Shown: positions 46,051 through 57,152, numbered from the stretch's first letter. The stretch: 64,000 nucleotides of DNA from a virus (IMGVR_UViG_3300028591_000128:32001-96000); one strand, 5' to 3'. A program made the numbers and translations. The notes: generated from the letters alone by a model not told the origin.

Positions 46051-46626
46051 TCACACTCCATTAGATAAATACTGATTTGTAAGTTCTTTTACTCTCAGCG
46101 ATTTTATTACATGTGGTTCACCGAACATTGTTGGTGGTCTATGTTGTCTATATGTAGTAGGTAGTTTCTTCAACCAATCTATACTTTCATTGTAGCATGC
46201 TACCGAACATTTTTCATCAAATTCATCATATAGATTATCAGTTCCTAATAATACAAATAGATCATGTCGATCCTTCTGTGTAGAATCTACACTCACAACC
46301 GAACCGATCATGTAAGAATACACCCAATCCGGTAAAACATATTCAGTATCAACCGTTGTTTTTAATATGTTAAGATGGTATGCGATTTCTGAAACCAACA
46401 ATCTGTAAGCACCCATTAAAGTATCAGATAATAATGGGTATGTATCTCGGAAGTAATTCAACTCTGCATTCATACAATCATCGTATCCGCTTAACGGATT
46501 AGCAGTATCGTACAGATATGGTAGAAATGCATCGCACATCTCCGCATCCGAAATCAGATGCGGAGGATAATTTGGTAAGTAACCTAGACGAGATAATTTG
46601 ATTTTCACAAGGTCATTCATAAACAT
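46051..46626 (-). CDS. Hypothetical protein
   Basis: ORF in the tail operon. Confidence 0.65.
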   Translation of the reverse strand: MFMNDLVKIKLSRLGYLPNYPPHLISDAEMCDAFLPYLYDTANPLSGYDDCMNAELNYFRDTYPLLSDTLMGAYRLLVSEIAYHLNILKTTVDTEYVLPDWVYSYMIGSVVSVDSTQKDRHDLFVLLGTDNLYDEFDEKCSVACYNESIDWLKKLPTTYRQHRPPTMFGEPHVIKSLRVKELTNQYLSNGV

Positions 46627-46637
46627 ATCTGTTACCT

Positions 46638-49600
46638 CTAATCAATTGCTCCACCTTGGAATATATTGAGTGTATGTAATGCCCAACAATCAATTGTTTC
46701 ATTTGCACCTACACCTATTATGGAGGATACTAAGTATGTATCGGTGCAGAATGCAATAGATCCAGGTGTACTGCTCATCGCAGTAGATGTTAATGCTGAG
46801 AAATTTGTTTCTTTCATCACATACTTACTGTTACTTGTAGACCAATAACTAGATACAAATGAACCTACAATCTTTATTCTCCGAGTCAATTTTGTTGACG
46901 GATATGATAATCCAGAATTCTGAGGTAGTGTGAAATTAGCTCTAGATATAGTCTTGCCAATTTCTACTACGTTAGGAGTAGAATCATCAGAAACAAGCAA
47001 CCCTGCACCAATTATACTTCCATCTCCTGCAAATGTTATAGACCTGAGTGCATATGAATAATGATTATCATTCGGATACTCAGCTGACCACGGATCAAAT
47101 GTTGAAGTATTTTCTATGTTACTTAACAATGTAACCGTCATACCATCTACTTGTAGATCCGGTGAACTAGAATCATTGTAGTCACGTTCATACCACAACT
47201 TCAAGTTTTCTATACCAGTTATAGTTGAAACACTGCTATGAGCACCTGCCTTATCTAATACATTGGAGCTATAGTATAGATTCACATTCTTTAAAACAAT
47301 ATTAGGTTGTCCAATAATTGTGTCATCTATACGTAGTTTATCGCAGTTTTCAAATATGATAGTAGTTGCAGATGTAGCCGAACCTAGTATCTTTACATAT
47401 AAGTATCCACCGGCACGAGTTCCTATATCATGAATGTGTATAACAGATTCTTCTGTTACACTTGGTATATCTAATGTAAGTAGTATAGAATTAGGATCTC
47501 GATTATTTGCATCTGATATAGCACGTTGATCGTCATTCGGATAACATATTCTATCATTTACAGAATCATCTAAACTTGTCTGAATAGCAGAAATATCTAG
47601 ACCAGATCCTACTTCAACATCAACTTCAAGTTGTTGTGCTCTTAATCCCATTACAAGGTAGTTGTAATCAACTACACGAAGATGCCCATTGGGATCTACC
47701 GTAACATAACCATTACCATATGCATCTTCCGGTGTAGCGATAAATCCACCAACGGCTTCCGTAGTAGCAATAGGAACTCCACCTGTAACAAGAATTGGAG
47801 GTAATGCATAAGTCAACTCAAGTTTAGTAGATGATGGTGTATAGAAGAAGTTTGTATATGTTTTTGAAACTAGAACCTCTTGCCCATCAATTGTTCGATA
47901 ATTCTCTTTCTCATAGTGCATGACGAAATAATCTTTCTTTACTGCACCATAATATTGAGTGAAGTTCAAGTTGGTGATATCTGTAGGTGTAGGTGTTTCA
48001 TTTACAATTGTGTTATATTCAAGTTCCACACCACCTGCTAGATTAATCGGACTTACCGGAACTTTGTGCAGGAACAGATCTAATTTTTTATACTTATCCG
48101 CATCATCTTCATTGATAGTTACAGATAAACTTCCGGCAGATGTAACTGTTTCTATCTGGCCATAGTTTACAAAATACATTGTAGATGGATATGTACCATC
48201 TGATCTAACAGGTTGTGTCATATCTTGTGCAACTAAAACATAATCGCCAGGACTCCATACAGTTTCTTTAAGTACAGTTTGCTCATCTAATCTACGTTGA
48301 ACTTCTTGATCTACATACTGTGTTATTGTGTCAGATAATGAGGAAATTGTTGTAACAACTTGACCTAATTTAGCAATACAATATTGTAATGTACCTGATT
48401 GAGAAGCCGTACCTATAATGGATCTAAGAGCGGTGATTGCGTTTCCAACAGAATCTTTTTCTGTAGATATTCCGGTTCTGAGATTCTCAAGATTAGATAT
48501 TAATCCACCATTTCCTACTAAATCTTGATAACATTGATCAACTTGTGCGTAACTGTTCTTTACAGCAACTGATATATCATTTAAAAGTATGTCCCTCGCA
48601 ATAGATATATCATTCTTAGCTGCAGAAACATCCGGAGTAGCTTCACTAAGCTCGCTTAGTGCATTTTTTAAGTATTCTATGCAATTTTCTAACGCTCCAT
48701 GAGTAGGTTCGTGAGTAACTAACGAACCAAGATCCGCATGTACATGATTCAATGCAGATGCAATATCATTTGCCGTACCATCGCATCTTGACGCAAGTTC
48801 AGCCGAATCTCCTAGATTAGAAACTACCTGACTCAAAGTGCTAATGACAGTTTCAACACTACCACAACTGGTAGATATATATGAAGAAACTTCATTGATA
48901 GTTGAAATAATCTGTTGAATCACTGTATCTATGTCTAGCGGTTGTATAGAACCTTCACCAATCGGAATTTCTGGTAGTGCACCATCTTCCCCATATTTAG
49001 AAGTATCATGTGGGTCAATAGTAAGCTGAGTAAGATATTTACGCATCACTCCATTTGGAAGACGATATATCTGGTTCAGTTTTTCTTCAATATGAAGTAT
49101 TCGCTTAGTGTATGCAGGGCTTACTACACCCCCACTTCCAGGAGAGAATGTTGCATTAGGAATTGCGTATCGTTTATCTGGAAAATATATTCTACGACCT
49201 TGTTCATCTACAGCATAATCAATCTGTTTATGCGGAACAACTAATTCAGTAGCACCAGAAACTACTTCTCCAGATGCCCCATACAATTTATTATACTCAA
49301 AATGTGCAACATCTGATGTAGCAATATCTGGTACCAACTGAGGATGAGTATCCCATACCATCAAGCTATCTTGTGCAGCACACCAAGTATCTTTATCATC
49401 AAGTGTACCCTTTCCTGCGAATACGTAGAAACTATTAGGATCAAGTCCAACTTTGCTGACATATTCACTTGAAAGTGAATTACTCAAGTTTCCAACTCTA
49501 CTTGCGTCAAATACACGAAGTTTATCTTCATCTTGATGCACATTAGATACAGTGCCATTGAAGAATGTAAATCGACCCAACAGAAGATGCATATTTACAT

Positions 49601-50105
49601 CTTCCATTTGGTTTGGAACATCTATAGGTCTCCTGACATCTGCTTCAGGAACAATGACAACACGAACACCCTCATAGTAACCATCTGCGTTTTCTGGAAG
49701 TGCAGATGCTGCAAGCGTTGTATATGTGCTATACATCATGACAAGACCGATTGCCAAATCCCCTTTAAGAGGGGCAACACCTTCTTGAGCTGCTTTGAAA
49801 TTGACAGTAGCAAGATCAATGACAATAGGTGTAAGCAATTCTACATAATGTCCATTTACTATAGCTCTACCAGGTTGTATCTGTATAGCTGTAGATGGAA
49901 TACTTGTGCCATCAGCTAAACATGAAATAGCAAAATCTTGTTCTGAATGTGCATAAGATGGTCCTACTTTGTATTCAATTGTAGGATCTGTAGCTACAGT
50001 TTCCCTTGACCGAATATTGAACTCAGTTAGTATCTGTCCTCCTGCGGTTGAATTAGATAAAGGAAATATGTTTGTAGCACTTACAGGAAATTCTATAAAT
50101 TGCAT
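46638..50105 (-). CDS. Large hypothetical virion protein (start revised to MQFIEF at 50105)
   Basis: GGAGGA RBS at 50113-50118; IQPGRAIVNGHYVEL motif; central coiled-coil. Confidence 0.7.
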   Translation of the reverse strand: MQFIEFPVSATNIFPLSNSTAGGQILTEFNIRSRETVATDPTIEYKVGPSYAHSEQDFAISCLADGTSIPSTAIQIQPGRAIVNGHYVELLTPIVIDLATVNFKAAQEGVAPLKGDLAIGLVMMYSTYTTLAASALPENADGYYEGVRVVIVPEADVRRPIDVPNQMEDVNMHLLLGRFTFFNGTVSNVHQDEDKLRVFDASRVGNLSNSLSSEYVSKVGLDPNSFYVFAGKGTLDDKDTWCAAQDSLMVWDTHPQLVPDIATSDVAHFEYNKLYGASGEVVSGATELVVPHKQIDYAVDEQGRRIYFPDKRYAIPNATFSPGSGGVVSPAYTKRILHIEEKLNQIYRLPNGVMRKYLTQLTIDPHDTSKYGEDGALPEIPIGEGSIQPLDIDTVIQQIISTINEVSSYISTSCGSVETVISTLSQVVSNLGDSAELASRCDGTANDIASALNHVHADLGSLVTHEPTHGALENCIEYLKNALSELSEATPDVSAAKNDISIARDILLNDISVAVKNSYAQVDQCYQDLVGNGGLISNLENLRTGISTEKDSVGNAITALRSIIGTASQSGTLQYCIAKLGQVVTTISSLSDTITQYVDQEVQRRLDEQTVLKETVWSPGDYVLVAQDMTQPVRSDGTYPSTMYFVNYGQIETVTSAGSLSVTINEDDADKYKKLDLFLHKVPVSPINLAGGVELEYNTIVNETPTPTDITNLNFTQYYGAVKKDYFVMHYEKENYRTIDGQEVLVSKTYTNFFYTPSSTKLELTYALPPILVTGGVPIATTEAVGGFIATPEDAYGNGYVTVDPNGHLRVVDYNYLVMGLRAQQLEVDVEVGSGLDISAIQTSLDDSVNDRICYPNDDQRAISDANNRDPNSILLTLDIPSVTEESVIHIHDIGTRAGGYLYVKILGSATSATTIIFENCDKLRIDDTIIGQPNIVLKNVNLYYSSNVLDKAGAHSSVSTITGIENLKLWYERDYNDSSSPDLQVDGMTVTLLSNIENTSTFDPWSAEYPNDNHYSYALRSITFAGDGSIIGAGLLVSDDSTPNVVEIGKTISRANFTLPQNSGLSYPSTKLTRRIKIVGSFVSSYWSTSNSKYVMKETNFSALTSTAMSSTPGSIAFCTDTYLVSSIIGVGANETIDCWALHTLNIFQGGAID

Positions 50106-50146
50106 GTATCGTTCCTCCAGAATTGTTATATAGATATACAAGGTGA

Positions 50147-53100
50147 TTATGGCGTTTTCTGTGTCAGTCCTAATGACATAGCAGAAAGTGTATCAATAAA
50201 TGATGTCCCACCTGCAGGTGTATTTGTTTGTTGAACAATCTGTCCTACATAAACAAGTATCTGACCTAGTAGAATATTTGTTTGTAATGTAGGATCTGTT
50301 GTTTGATCAGTTATAAGAGTATCAGCAAGTACTTGACCCATTTGGTCTGCAATACTCTTACGTTCTTCTTTCTTAGTATCTACCTTTATAGATTCAAGTT
50401 CTTTTAATAATGTAGAGGATCTAAATTTTCCATTGGATGATACACCATAGTAAGAATTGTATGCCATATAGTCAGATAATCGTGTATAAAGTTCTTGGAA
50501 AGTTCCACCTCTTTTGGTTCCAAATCCCCAAAAATCACTTATTGCTTTAGTAAAATCTGACCAAGTAGATGCAGGATTCTCTTTAGAGCCGCCAATCCAT
50601 TTTGCCCAAGCACCAGAAGAACCAACCCATTTACCCCAAGCACCAGTTTGTTTATCCGTACCCAACCACGCAAGCCAAGGTTCTGGATATTCATCTTTCG
50701 TCCAAGTTTTCCAAGAATCGAAGAAATCTTCATACCATTGTTCCTGATTTTGGATAACAACATCCAATTTAGAATGAAGTTCTGGAGCAAATGTATTTGG
50801 ATAATATTCGTCCCAATAATTCTGACCTGACTTCCAAAAGGCTTCTTCCCGAAGATTTCTTTCATGTTGTTCTTCTTGACCGGCTTTTGCTTCAACATCT
50901 TCAAAGAATTTTTTAATATCAGACTCTTGATATCCTGCAGATTCCATTGCTTTATCTAAATCTGCAATACCGAATTTACCAGAAGTTGATGCCCAATCTT
51001 CATATGTTTTACCTTGCTTTACAAATTCATCCTTGATATATGCTTGATCCATCATCCTATCAAGTGCTTGCTTTGCAGCATTTGCTGTAGCATTTAATGA
51101 TGATGATGGTGCATTAGATGAAGATGTGAAAGTAGACACGAGATCAGTAGCAGAATTCAGTATCATATCTGCTATTCTACCTTGTGTTTTAGATACATTA
51201 CGAAGGCTTCCCCAGGAATATTTGGAAGTAGGACTACTTACAGATGGATAGATACCATTTGCTTGATCAAGGAGCTCTTTCATTTGTGATATCGATGAAG
51301 ATGCAAATCCATCATTTCCATATAAAGTATTGGATATACCATACCAACCCTTAAACTCACTTGCATTCCCATATAAGGATCTTCCACCTATCAATTCGAC
51401 AAGTGGTCTTGTTAAATTCAATGATTCGTTACGTGTAACAAGGTTTCTAAAATCTCTTGTATTACCCTGACCTACTTTAGTTAATTGCAACATCTGTGCA
51501 ACATCTGCTTGCTGTTGGAAACCTTCATCAGCTGTTGCTATTACGTTACCAAGTTTCTTGAACCAAGAAAATGGATTTAAGAAGTCAAGTATCTTCTGAA
51601 CACCTTCACCAATCTTGAGAAGTCCTTCTTTAGTTTCACCAATAAGTTCTACAGAGAATGTGGATTGAACTAAATCACGTTGCATCTGTTCATCCCACAT
51701 ATGTTGCTGTATTGCTCTACTTGCTTCATTATCTAGGACTAATGCAAGCCCTTCATTGATCATATATTCATTGATCTGTTGATTTTTAAGCTGCTCGGTA
51801 GTAGTTGTGGTTTGACCTTCACGAAGAAGTGCCATGTTTTCAGATAGAGATGAATTATTCACGTTCATCTCTTTAATTGCTTTAGCAAGATCAGCAAAAT
51901 CAACCCTTTGGAATGCCGCTGCATCTACACCAAATAATGATGCATATCCTTCTGCTTTTTCCATATAAGCATCTGGAGACTCTGTAAACATAGCAGATAG
52001 ATTCTCAAACATTGCACCTAAGATTGCTTGTGGATCCTTTGCAAGTGCTCTAAGGAATTCGGTATTAGATGCGTTTACACCTGCTAAAGATCTAAGTGCA
52101 ACGGTTTCAGAAGAATTGCCACCTGTAGCAAGTTTATTGATTACATTAACAAGTCCATCTGCTAAATCAGGTGCAACTGCCCCAATGTATCCTTGTACAG
52201 CTACTAATGTACTACTTATGGCATCAATGTTATCAGATTGAGCTGCAAGTGCAATGTTTGCAGCATCTTTGTATAGTGAGGATGCGTTTTGTAAACCTGT
52301 AGTAAATCCTCCTGTAAGTTCTCTATCTGCGTAGAGAAGACTAGATGCAAAGGATCTTAAACTAGCATTGGCTTTCTCAATTGCTTGTGCTTCAGACTCT
52401 CCGGCTCTTTGAGCATTCGCAGCTACAGATGCGTAAGTTGCAGCGTAGCTGAAGAAATCTTGTGTAGGTACTGCTTTGTTTAATAGTGTTGCTTGATATG
52501 CGAATTCTTCTGCAATCTTATTGGATAATCCTGAATCTAGAACTTTCGCAAGGTTATCCATAAGGTTTGCGCCATTTACATATTTAGATAGACCTTCATT
52601 ACGAATACGCTCTGCGTAGTTTGCCATGAGGTCTTGTACATCGGATTTAGTGTACCCTTGAGTTGCAGATATCTTGGTTAAATTACTATCCCAAGCATTA
52701 TACAGGTCAGTAGCAGCTTTTTGAAGTAGTTCAAACGGATATTTGACCATAGTTTCATAGTCATCTTTCATCCGTTGTTTAGATAATTCAAGATTCTTCT
52801 TACGTGTTTCAACATCACGTTTGGATGCTGCTGAGAATGCACCGAATATTTGTTTTATTCCTGCACCAATATCCTTAAATCCTTCCATCAATCGGTCAGT
52901 AACTAATTCGAGTGCTACCATAGCACCAATTACTGCCCAACCATGCGGTCCCATTCCAGCAAGCATCTTTGTTACTTGACCACCTGCACCAGCTAAACCA
53001 CCTGCACCACCACCTGCACCAGTAAAGGCATTTACAACCTTTCCGGCACTATTACCAACATTAGCAAGTTGAGTTGCAATATCACCAGAGCCAGGTCCAA

Positions 53101-53899
53101 TAATATGACCAGGCATATCTTGTGGACCAAGTGGTATACCATTACTACCTGGAACCTGTGGTGCTTTGAATAGACTACTAATGAATCCAGGTGCATTTTT
53201 TGCTGCGGATAATCCACCTTTTTCTATATCAAACAATCCACGAAGTCCAGCACCAGCACCTTGTAGGAAATTTCCAGCTGCTGTTTGTGCGGTACCAACA
53301 TTGGAAAATCTACTTGCAACAGCATTTGCACCACGTTGACCGAGATTACCACTAACAAGATTATTGACAAATGCATTTCCTCTTGTAGATATATTTGTTA
53401 AGAAATTTGACCCTAGAGTATTTAATTGAGATGTAAGTGCTCTACCGGTATCAGTATTCTTGAATGCAGACATAAATGACTGCCCAAGTTGCTTTCCTAT
53501 AGCACCCTGAATTCCATCTATATCTGTATTAAGTCTTCCAGCAAACCCCTTGAATATGTCGCCGACTTCTTTTTTAAATCCAGATCCAAGGAATCCATCA
53601 ATAAGTGCATCTTCAAAACTATCCATGAATCCCTTACGGGAATTCTTATTATCTGCATCAAAAGAAGTCAGACGGTTTGCTTGTCTGTTTCTAAATGCGG
53701 ATCCTGCATCATTTCCAAAAGATCTAGCATTGGCTTGAGATGGTGTACCATTTTTAGCCCATGAAGACATGTTCTTATCAAGATTTTCGACATGATTAAG
53801 AATGTCTAGTAGTATTCTCGGTGGAACATTATTACCGGCAGCTGCTTCCGTTACTTCTAATACAGATATACTTGAATTGTTGTTATTCGTATCAGCCAT
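50147..53899 (-). CDS. Tape measure protein
   Basis: 1250 aa, Ala/Gly-rich and helical, Trp-spaced C-terminal repeats; downstream of chaperone-like genes. Confidence 0.7.
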   Translation of the reverse strand: MADTNNNNSSISVLEVTEAAAGNNVPPRILLDILNHVENLDKNMSSWAKNGTPSQANARSFGNDAGSAFRNRQANRLTSFDADNKNSRKGFMDSFEDALIDGFLGSGFKKEVGDIFKGFAGRLNTDIDGIQGAIGKQLGQSFMSAFKNTDTGRALTSQLNTLGSNFLTNISTRGNAFVNNLVSGNLGQRGANAVASRFSNVGTAQTAAGNFLQGAGAGLRGLFDIEKGGLSAAKNAPGFISSLFKAPQVPGSNGIPLGPQDMPGHIIGPGSGDIATQLANVGNSAGKVVNAFTGAGGGAGGLAGAGGQVTKMLAGMGPHGWAVIGAMVALELVTDRLMEGFKDIGAGIKQIFGAFSAASKRDVETRKKNLELSKQRMKDDYETMVKYPFELLQKAATDLYNAWDSNLTKISATQGYTKSDVQDLMANYAERIRNEGLSKYVNGANLMDNLAKVLDSGLSNKIAEEFAYQATLLNKAVPTQDFFSYAATYASVAANAQRAGESEAQAIEKANASLRSFASSLLYADRELTGGFTTGLQNASSLYKDAANIALAAQSDNIDAISSTLVAVQGYIGAVAPDLADGLVNVINKLATGGNSSETVALRSLAGVNASNTEFLRALAKDPQAILGAMFENLSAMFTESPDAYMEKAEGYASLFGVDAAAFQRVDFADLAKAIKEMNVNNSSLSENMALLREGQTTTTTEQLKNQQINEYMINEGLALVLDNEASRAIQQHMWDEQMQRDLVQSTFSVELIGETKEGLLKIGEGVQKILDFLNPFSWFKKLGNVIATADEGFQQQADVAQMLQLTKVGQGNTRDFRNLVTRNESLNLTRPLVELIGGRSLYGNASEFKGWYGISNTLYGNDGFASSSISQMKELLDQANGIYPSVSSPTSKYSWGSLRNVSKTQGRIADMILNSATDLVSTFTSSSNAPSSSLNATANAAKQALDRMMDQAYIKDEFVKQGKTYEDWASTSGKFGIADLDKAMESAGYQESDIKKFFEDVEAKAGQEEQHERNLREEAFWKSGQNYWDEYYPNTFAPELHSKLDVVIQNQEQWYEDFFDSWKTWTKDEYPEPWLAWLGTDKQTGAWGKWVGSSGAWAKWIGGSKENPASTWSDFTKAISDFWGFGTKRGGTFQELYTRLSDYMAYNSYYGVSSNGKFRSSTLLKELESIKVDTKKEERKSIADQMGQVLADTLITDQTTDPTLQTNILLGQILVYVGQIVQQTNTPAGGTSFIDTLSAMSLGLTQKTP

Positions 53900-53918
53900 T
53901 TATTTTACTCCGATACAA

Positions 53919-53951
53919 GTCAAGGGCAAGTAATTACATACTTGCCCTTGT
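53919..53951. terminator. Hairpin/terminator upstream of the tape measure gene
   Basis: caagggcaagta...tacttgcccttg. Confidence 0.55.
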
Positions 53952-53964
53952 TCTACATAAAATG

Positions 53965-54132
53965 CTATTTCTTAGTCTTTAGACGATTAGCACGTTCAGT
54001 AAGCTCATCGTGTAAGGCTTCAGCATATTTCTTTCGAATAAATATTGGTTGGTTCATTATCCATTCGGTAGACACAGCACCTTCAGATGCTCTTGATATA
54101 AACAGGGCTTCATCAATTATATTCTCATACAT
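53965..54132 (-). CDS. Small tail/baseplate assembly chaperone-like protein (55 aa, MYENIIDEALF...)
   Basis: ATG overlaps the upstream stop; WIMNQPIFIRKKY pattern; the frame stays open back to 54231. Confidence 0.55.
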   Translation of the reverse strand: MYENIIDEALFISRASEGAVSTEWIMNQPIFIRKKYAEALHDELTERANRLKTKK

Positions 54133-54943
54133 CTGCTTTCTTACTTGGTGATAAGTCTTTTCTTTCCCCTGAATGTTTACTGTTCTTCCATTCCCGTAAA
54201 TCTCCCAAGGTCGGACGAAAAAATTTATCATTCAACATTGCATAGAATATACCATCTGTACTACCACACTTCGGACAAGTGGTTTTTCCACCTACACGAA
54301 GTCCGTAGTCTGCAAGTTGACTTACCATATTTCTGAGAATAATGTAATCAGCAGATGAAAATTCCTTCTGAATAAGCATCTTGATTTCAATAGGTGTAAG
54401 AATTGATTTGTTTCCAATAGAAGAAATCATATAGCAGATTCTAGCAAGCTCTCTATTGGTTTCACCTTCTGCATTCTTAAATGCCTTATCCTTATCAGAG
54501 TTCATAATCTGTTGAATAGTAGGTAATTTAATATGCACATCCTGATTGAAATCAATAAATTCATCTTTACTGATTACAATATCATTAACAAAACCCGGTG
54601 GTAATGGTTTACAATCAATAGTTTCCAAATTTACTATATACTCACCATAGGTAAGTTTTTCACAGTCTGGGCAGAAGATGGCAGTTGTTGTAAAATACGG
54701 TCCATAATTCAATATACGAAGACATCTACAAACCCATTGAAAATCAATTTCAAGTAATTTCCTAAAATCAATTTTCTCTTCTACTGCTGATGGTAGTATT
54801 TTTTCAATCATTGTCTTTTCGAAATCTTCACTACCAACATAATCAAGTTCCGAAGCGGTTGGGATACTAGTAAGAGTCAGTTCATCTGGGATATCAGTAT
54901 ATAATCCCTTTCCCAACAGTTCAATTTTCTCAGACATAGCCAT
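54125..54943 (-). CDS. Baseplate hub assembly chaperone (T4 gp26-like) with two CxxC motifs
   Basis: LLEIDFQW...LRILNYG...CPDC, CPKCG...FFRP; GGAGGA RBS before ATG 54943. Confidence 0.7.
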   Translation of the reverse strand: MAMSEKIELLGKGLYTDIPDELTLTSIPTASELDYVGSEDFEKTMIEKILPSAVEEKIDFRKLLEIDFQWVCRCLRILNYGPYFTTTAIFCPDCEKLTYGEYIVNLETIDCKPLPPGFVNDIVISKDEFIDFNQDVHIKLPTIQQIMNSDKDKAFKNAEGETNRELARICYMISSIGNKSILTPIEIKMLIQKEFSSADYIILRNMVSQLADYGLRVGGKTTCPKCGSTDGIFYAMLNDKFFRPTLGDLREWKNSKHSGERKDLSPSKKADV

Positions 54944-55078
54944 ATTCAGTTTCCTCCATTCCAACAGTTTTGAATTGGTAAATATAAAAATAGTATAGGG
55001 TATCGCAGAAAGTTTTGCAATGCACCCTATACTATTATAAAAGGTTGTTGGTCAATTTACAATAGGTATAAATAGATG

Positions 55079-55681
55079 TTACAACTCAGGATATCGGTCT
55101 TTAAATCGTTTCATTGCCTTGATATATCCAGAAGTACCAGAATATGGTTCATACTCCGTAGCATTTACAGAAATATCAGTAGAACTCAATACGAAGTCTT
55201 TTCCGCAGATGTTTGTAAAATACTCTTCTGCATCTTTTACATTTGCATGATCAAACTCCATATCAATGTTTCCATTCCGATCGTAATATCTTCCTATAAC
55301 ATTGATTGCATAATTCCTTGTCTTATCCTGTGTAGGAATAGTTACAAGTACAGAATCCTGATCATATTTCTTACACCAACTCACTGCAAGTTTGATGAAA
55401 TCTTCTGTCCGGTATCCATTATTTACTACACAAAATGTATCTTCTGTTACACGAACACCATCCGGATTTTCACCACGTTCAATGAATCCACCAAATGCCT
55501 TAATGTATGTAAGATCACTTCCATGAATATCTGAAGCAAGTTCTTTGTTTCTTCTACGATTTTCCTTTACAGAATATTCGTGCCGAAATGCAGTGATAAA
55601 CATGCAATCGTAGTTATTCATGTAGTCTACTACACGGCTGAAAGAAAAAGCGTTAATTGTTTGATTTACGAGTCTCAGCAT
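55079..55681 (-). CDS. Hypothetical protein (ITA...N..RN..L...YDQDSVL pattern)
   Basis: 200-aa ORF with RBS. Confidence 0.65.
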   Translation of the reverse strand: MLRLVNQTINAFSFSRVVDYMNNYDCMFITAFRHEYSVKENRRRNKELASDIHGSDLTYIKAFGGFIERGENPDGVRVTEDTFCVVNNGYRTEDFIKLAVSWCKKYDQDSVLVTIPTQDKTRNYAINVIGRYYDRNGNIDMEFDHANVKDAEEYFTNICGKDFVLSSTDISVNATEYEPYSGTSGYIKAMKRFKDRYPEL

Positions 55682-55706
55682 GATATCACAACCTTCCTAC
55701 ATAATT

Positions 55707-56105
55707 TTACAGAACATCATCGTTGCTGATAACAACTTCACCATTTACATCATCAACAAAGATTTTACAAGAATCTCCGAGTACATTTACTAAGAATGAT
55801 CCAGGGATAGAATCTAGTACATATCGTAGATCACTAACTGTTTTACATTCACCAATAAATGCAAATGCAACATCAGTTTCAGAATTTTCAAGTATTTCCC
55901 AACCATAGAAAGAACTTAGCGGAGTGGTTCCGTATGCACGATTTGGTGTTACATTTCCATCAGCATCTACCCAATCAAATTTTATGGATAGTCCATTTCT
56001 ATATCTACCAGATTGTTCAAGTTTAGTTACAATAATATGTTCATCTTTATTGACAAGTTCTGTACCAACCCTGACATAATCTTTTGTTGATCTATCCAAC
56101 TTCAT
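55707..56105 (-). CDS. Hypothetical protein
   Basis: AGGAG RBS; AAATCGTTATAA motif upstream. Confidence 0.65.
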   Translation of the reverse strand: MKLDRSTKDYVRVGTELVNKDEHIIVTKLEQSGRYRNGLSIKFDWVDADGNVTPNRAYGTTPLSSFYGWEILENSETDVAFAFIGECKTVSDLRYVLDSIPGSFLVNVLGDSCKIFVDDVNGEVVISNDDVL

Positions 56106-56135
56106 AAATTAATCTCCTTCATATATTATAACGAT

Positions 56136-56558
56136 TTATCCGTATGTAAATGGTGGAACTTGATCACCCATATCACCGTCACCAAGGAAACCACTACCAT
56201 TACTACGTACAAATTTCTGCGCGTAATCAAATAGCCAATCAAGTTTGTATCCTTGCGGATACTGCTCATTCATTTCTTCAAGAAGATCCATAGTCACAAG
56301 TCTTGCAAGGTCAATGGCATCTGATTTGTATTTTGCCATAATTGCACAATCCATCGGATTTTTACTCTGGCCTTTAAACCATCGTCTTATTGCAGCTTTA
56401 GGATTATTTGTACTTGAAGAGTCATATCCGCAAATGACTCTGTATTTGAATCCGTTATATGGATCCCACGCTTCGTATTCCCCGTCTTCTAATTCCTCTA
56501 ACCGCTCCGGAGTTGCATCATACAGAATCTTTGATTCACTTCTTATATATCTCTTCAT
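56136..56558 (-). CDS. Hypothetical protein with MKRYIRS N-terminus
   Basis: ORF with RBS; N-terminal motif shared with neighbouring genes. Confidence 0.65.
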   Translation of the reverse strand: MKRYIRSESKILYDATPERLEELEDGEYEAWDPYNGFKYRVICGYDSSSTNNPKAAIRRWFKGQSKNPMDCAIMAKYKSDAIDLARLVTMDLLEEMNEQYPQGYKLDWLFDYAQKFVRSNGSGFLGDGDMGDQVPPFTYG

Positions 56559-56576
56559 ATATTATAGTATTCCTTT

Positions 56577-57152
56577 CTACCACTCTTCGGTAATGATTAT
56601 GTCATCTTCTGTAATATCATCTTCCGTGATTTCTTCAATACGGAATTCCCCATAATGATGAAGTATATTACCAGCATTTCCACCTTGAACAAATTCATCT
56701 GGATAAATAACCCAATCCGGATCACCTATTGGATGAATGGTTTCGTACTCATCATCCCACTCGTACTCAGGTTCATATAGGATTCTGGAATCACCCCGTT
56801 CTACAAGATAATCAATAAGGATATCTGTTAGAGCGCCATAGTCTGTAGTTTGATGATCTGTCTCAATTACAAATGAATCAACATAAGCAGTTCCAGTTCC
56901 GATAGAAATGCGGTAGTAATAATGATTATCTATGTCTGTTGCAGAATACACATTTTCTTCCATCCACCGTTCATCTTCAGGATCACGATTCATTTCATCG
57001 TATTCATCATCTTGCCATGCAAAGTTAATTCTATCTTTCAAATCCCTATAGGTTTCATAATCATATTCATCCCAAGTATCTTCTGGATGATTTTCAAGCC
57101 ACGAATCTAACTGATCCTGTAATTTCCTTGGATCTTCATATTGTCTATACAT
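56577..57152 (-). CDS. Acidic protein with N-terminal MYRQYEDP module
   Basis: GGAGG RBS at 57161-57165; N-terminus paralogous to 4727..6094. Confidence 0.7.
   Translation of the reverse strand: MYRQYEDPRKLQDQLDSWLENHPEDTWDEYDYETYRDLKDRINFAWQDDEYDEMNRDPEDERWMEENVYSATDIDNHYYYRISIGTGTAYVDSFVIETDHQTTDYGALTDILIDYLVERGDSRILYEPEYEWDDEYETIHPIGDPDWVIYPDEFVQGGNAGNILHHYGEFRIEEITEDDITEDDIIITEEW

Noticed and set aside
50118-50129. Self-targeting of the phage by array spacers
   Set aside because: I found no full-length spacer match in the window by eye. The only hit is a 12-nt match to a non-array segment, with mismatches at the presumed first guide positions, which is compatible with chance.
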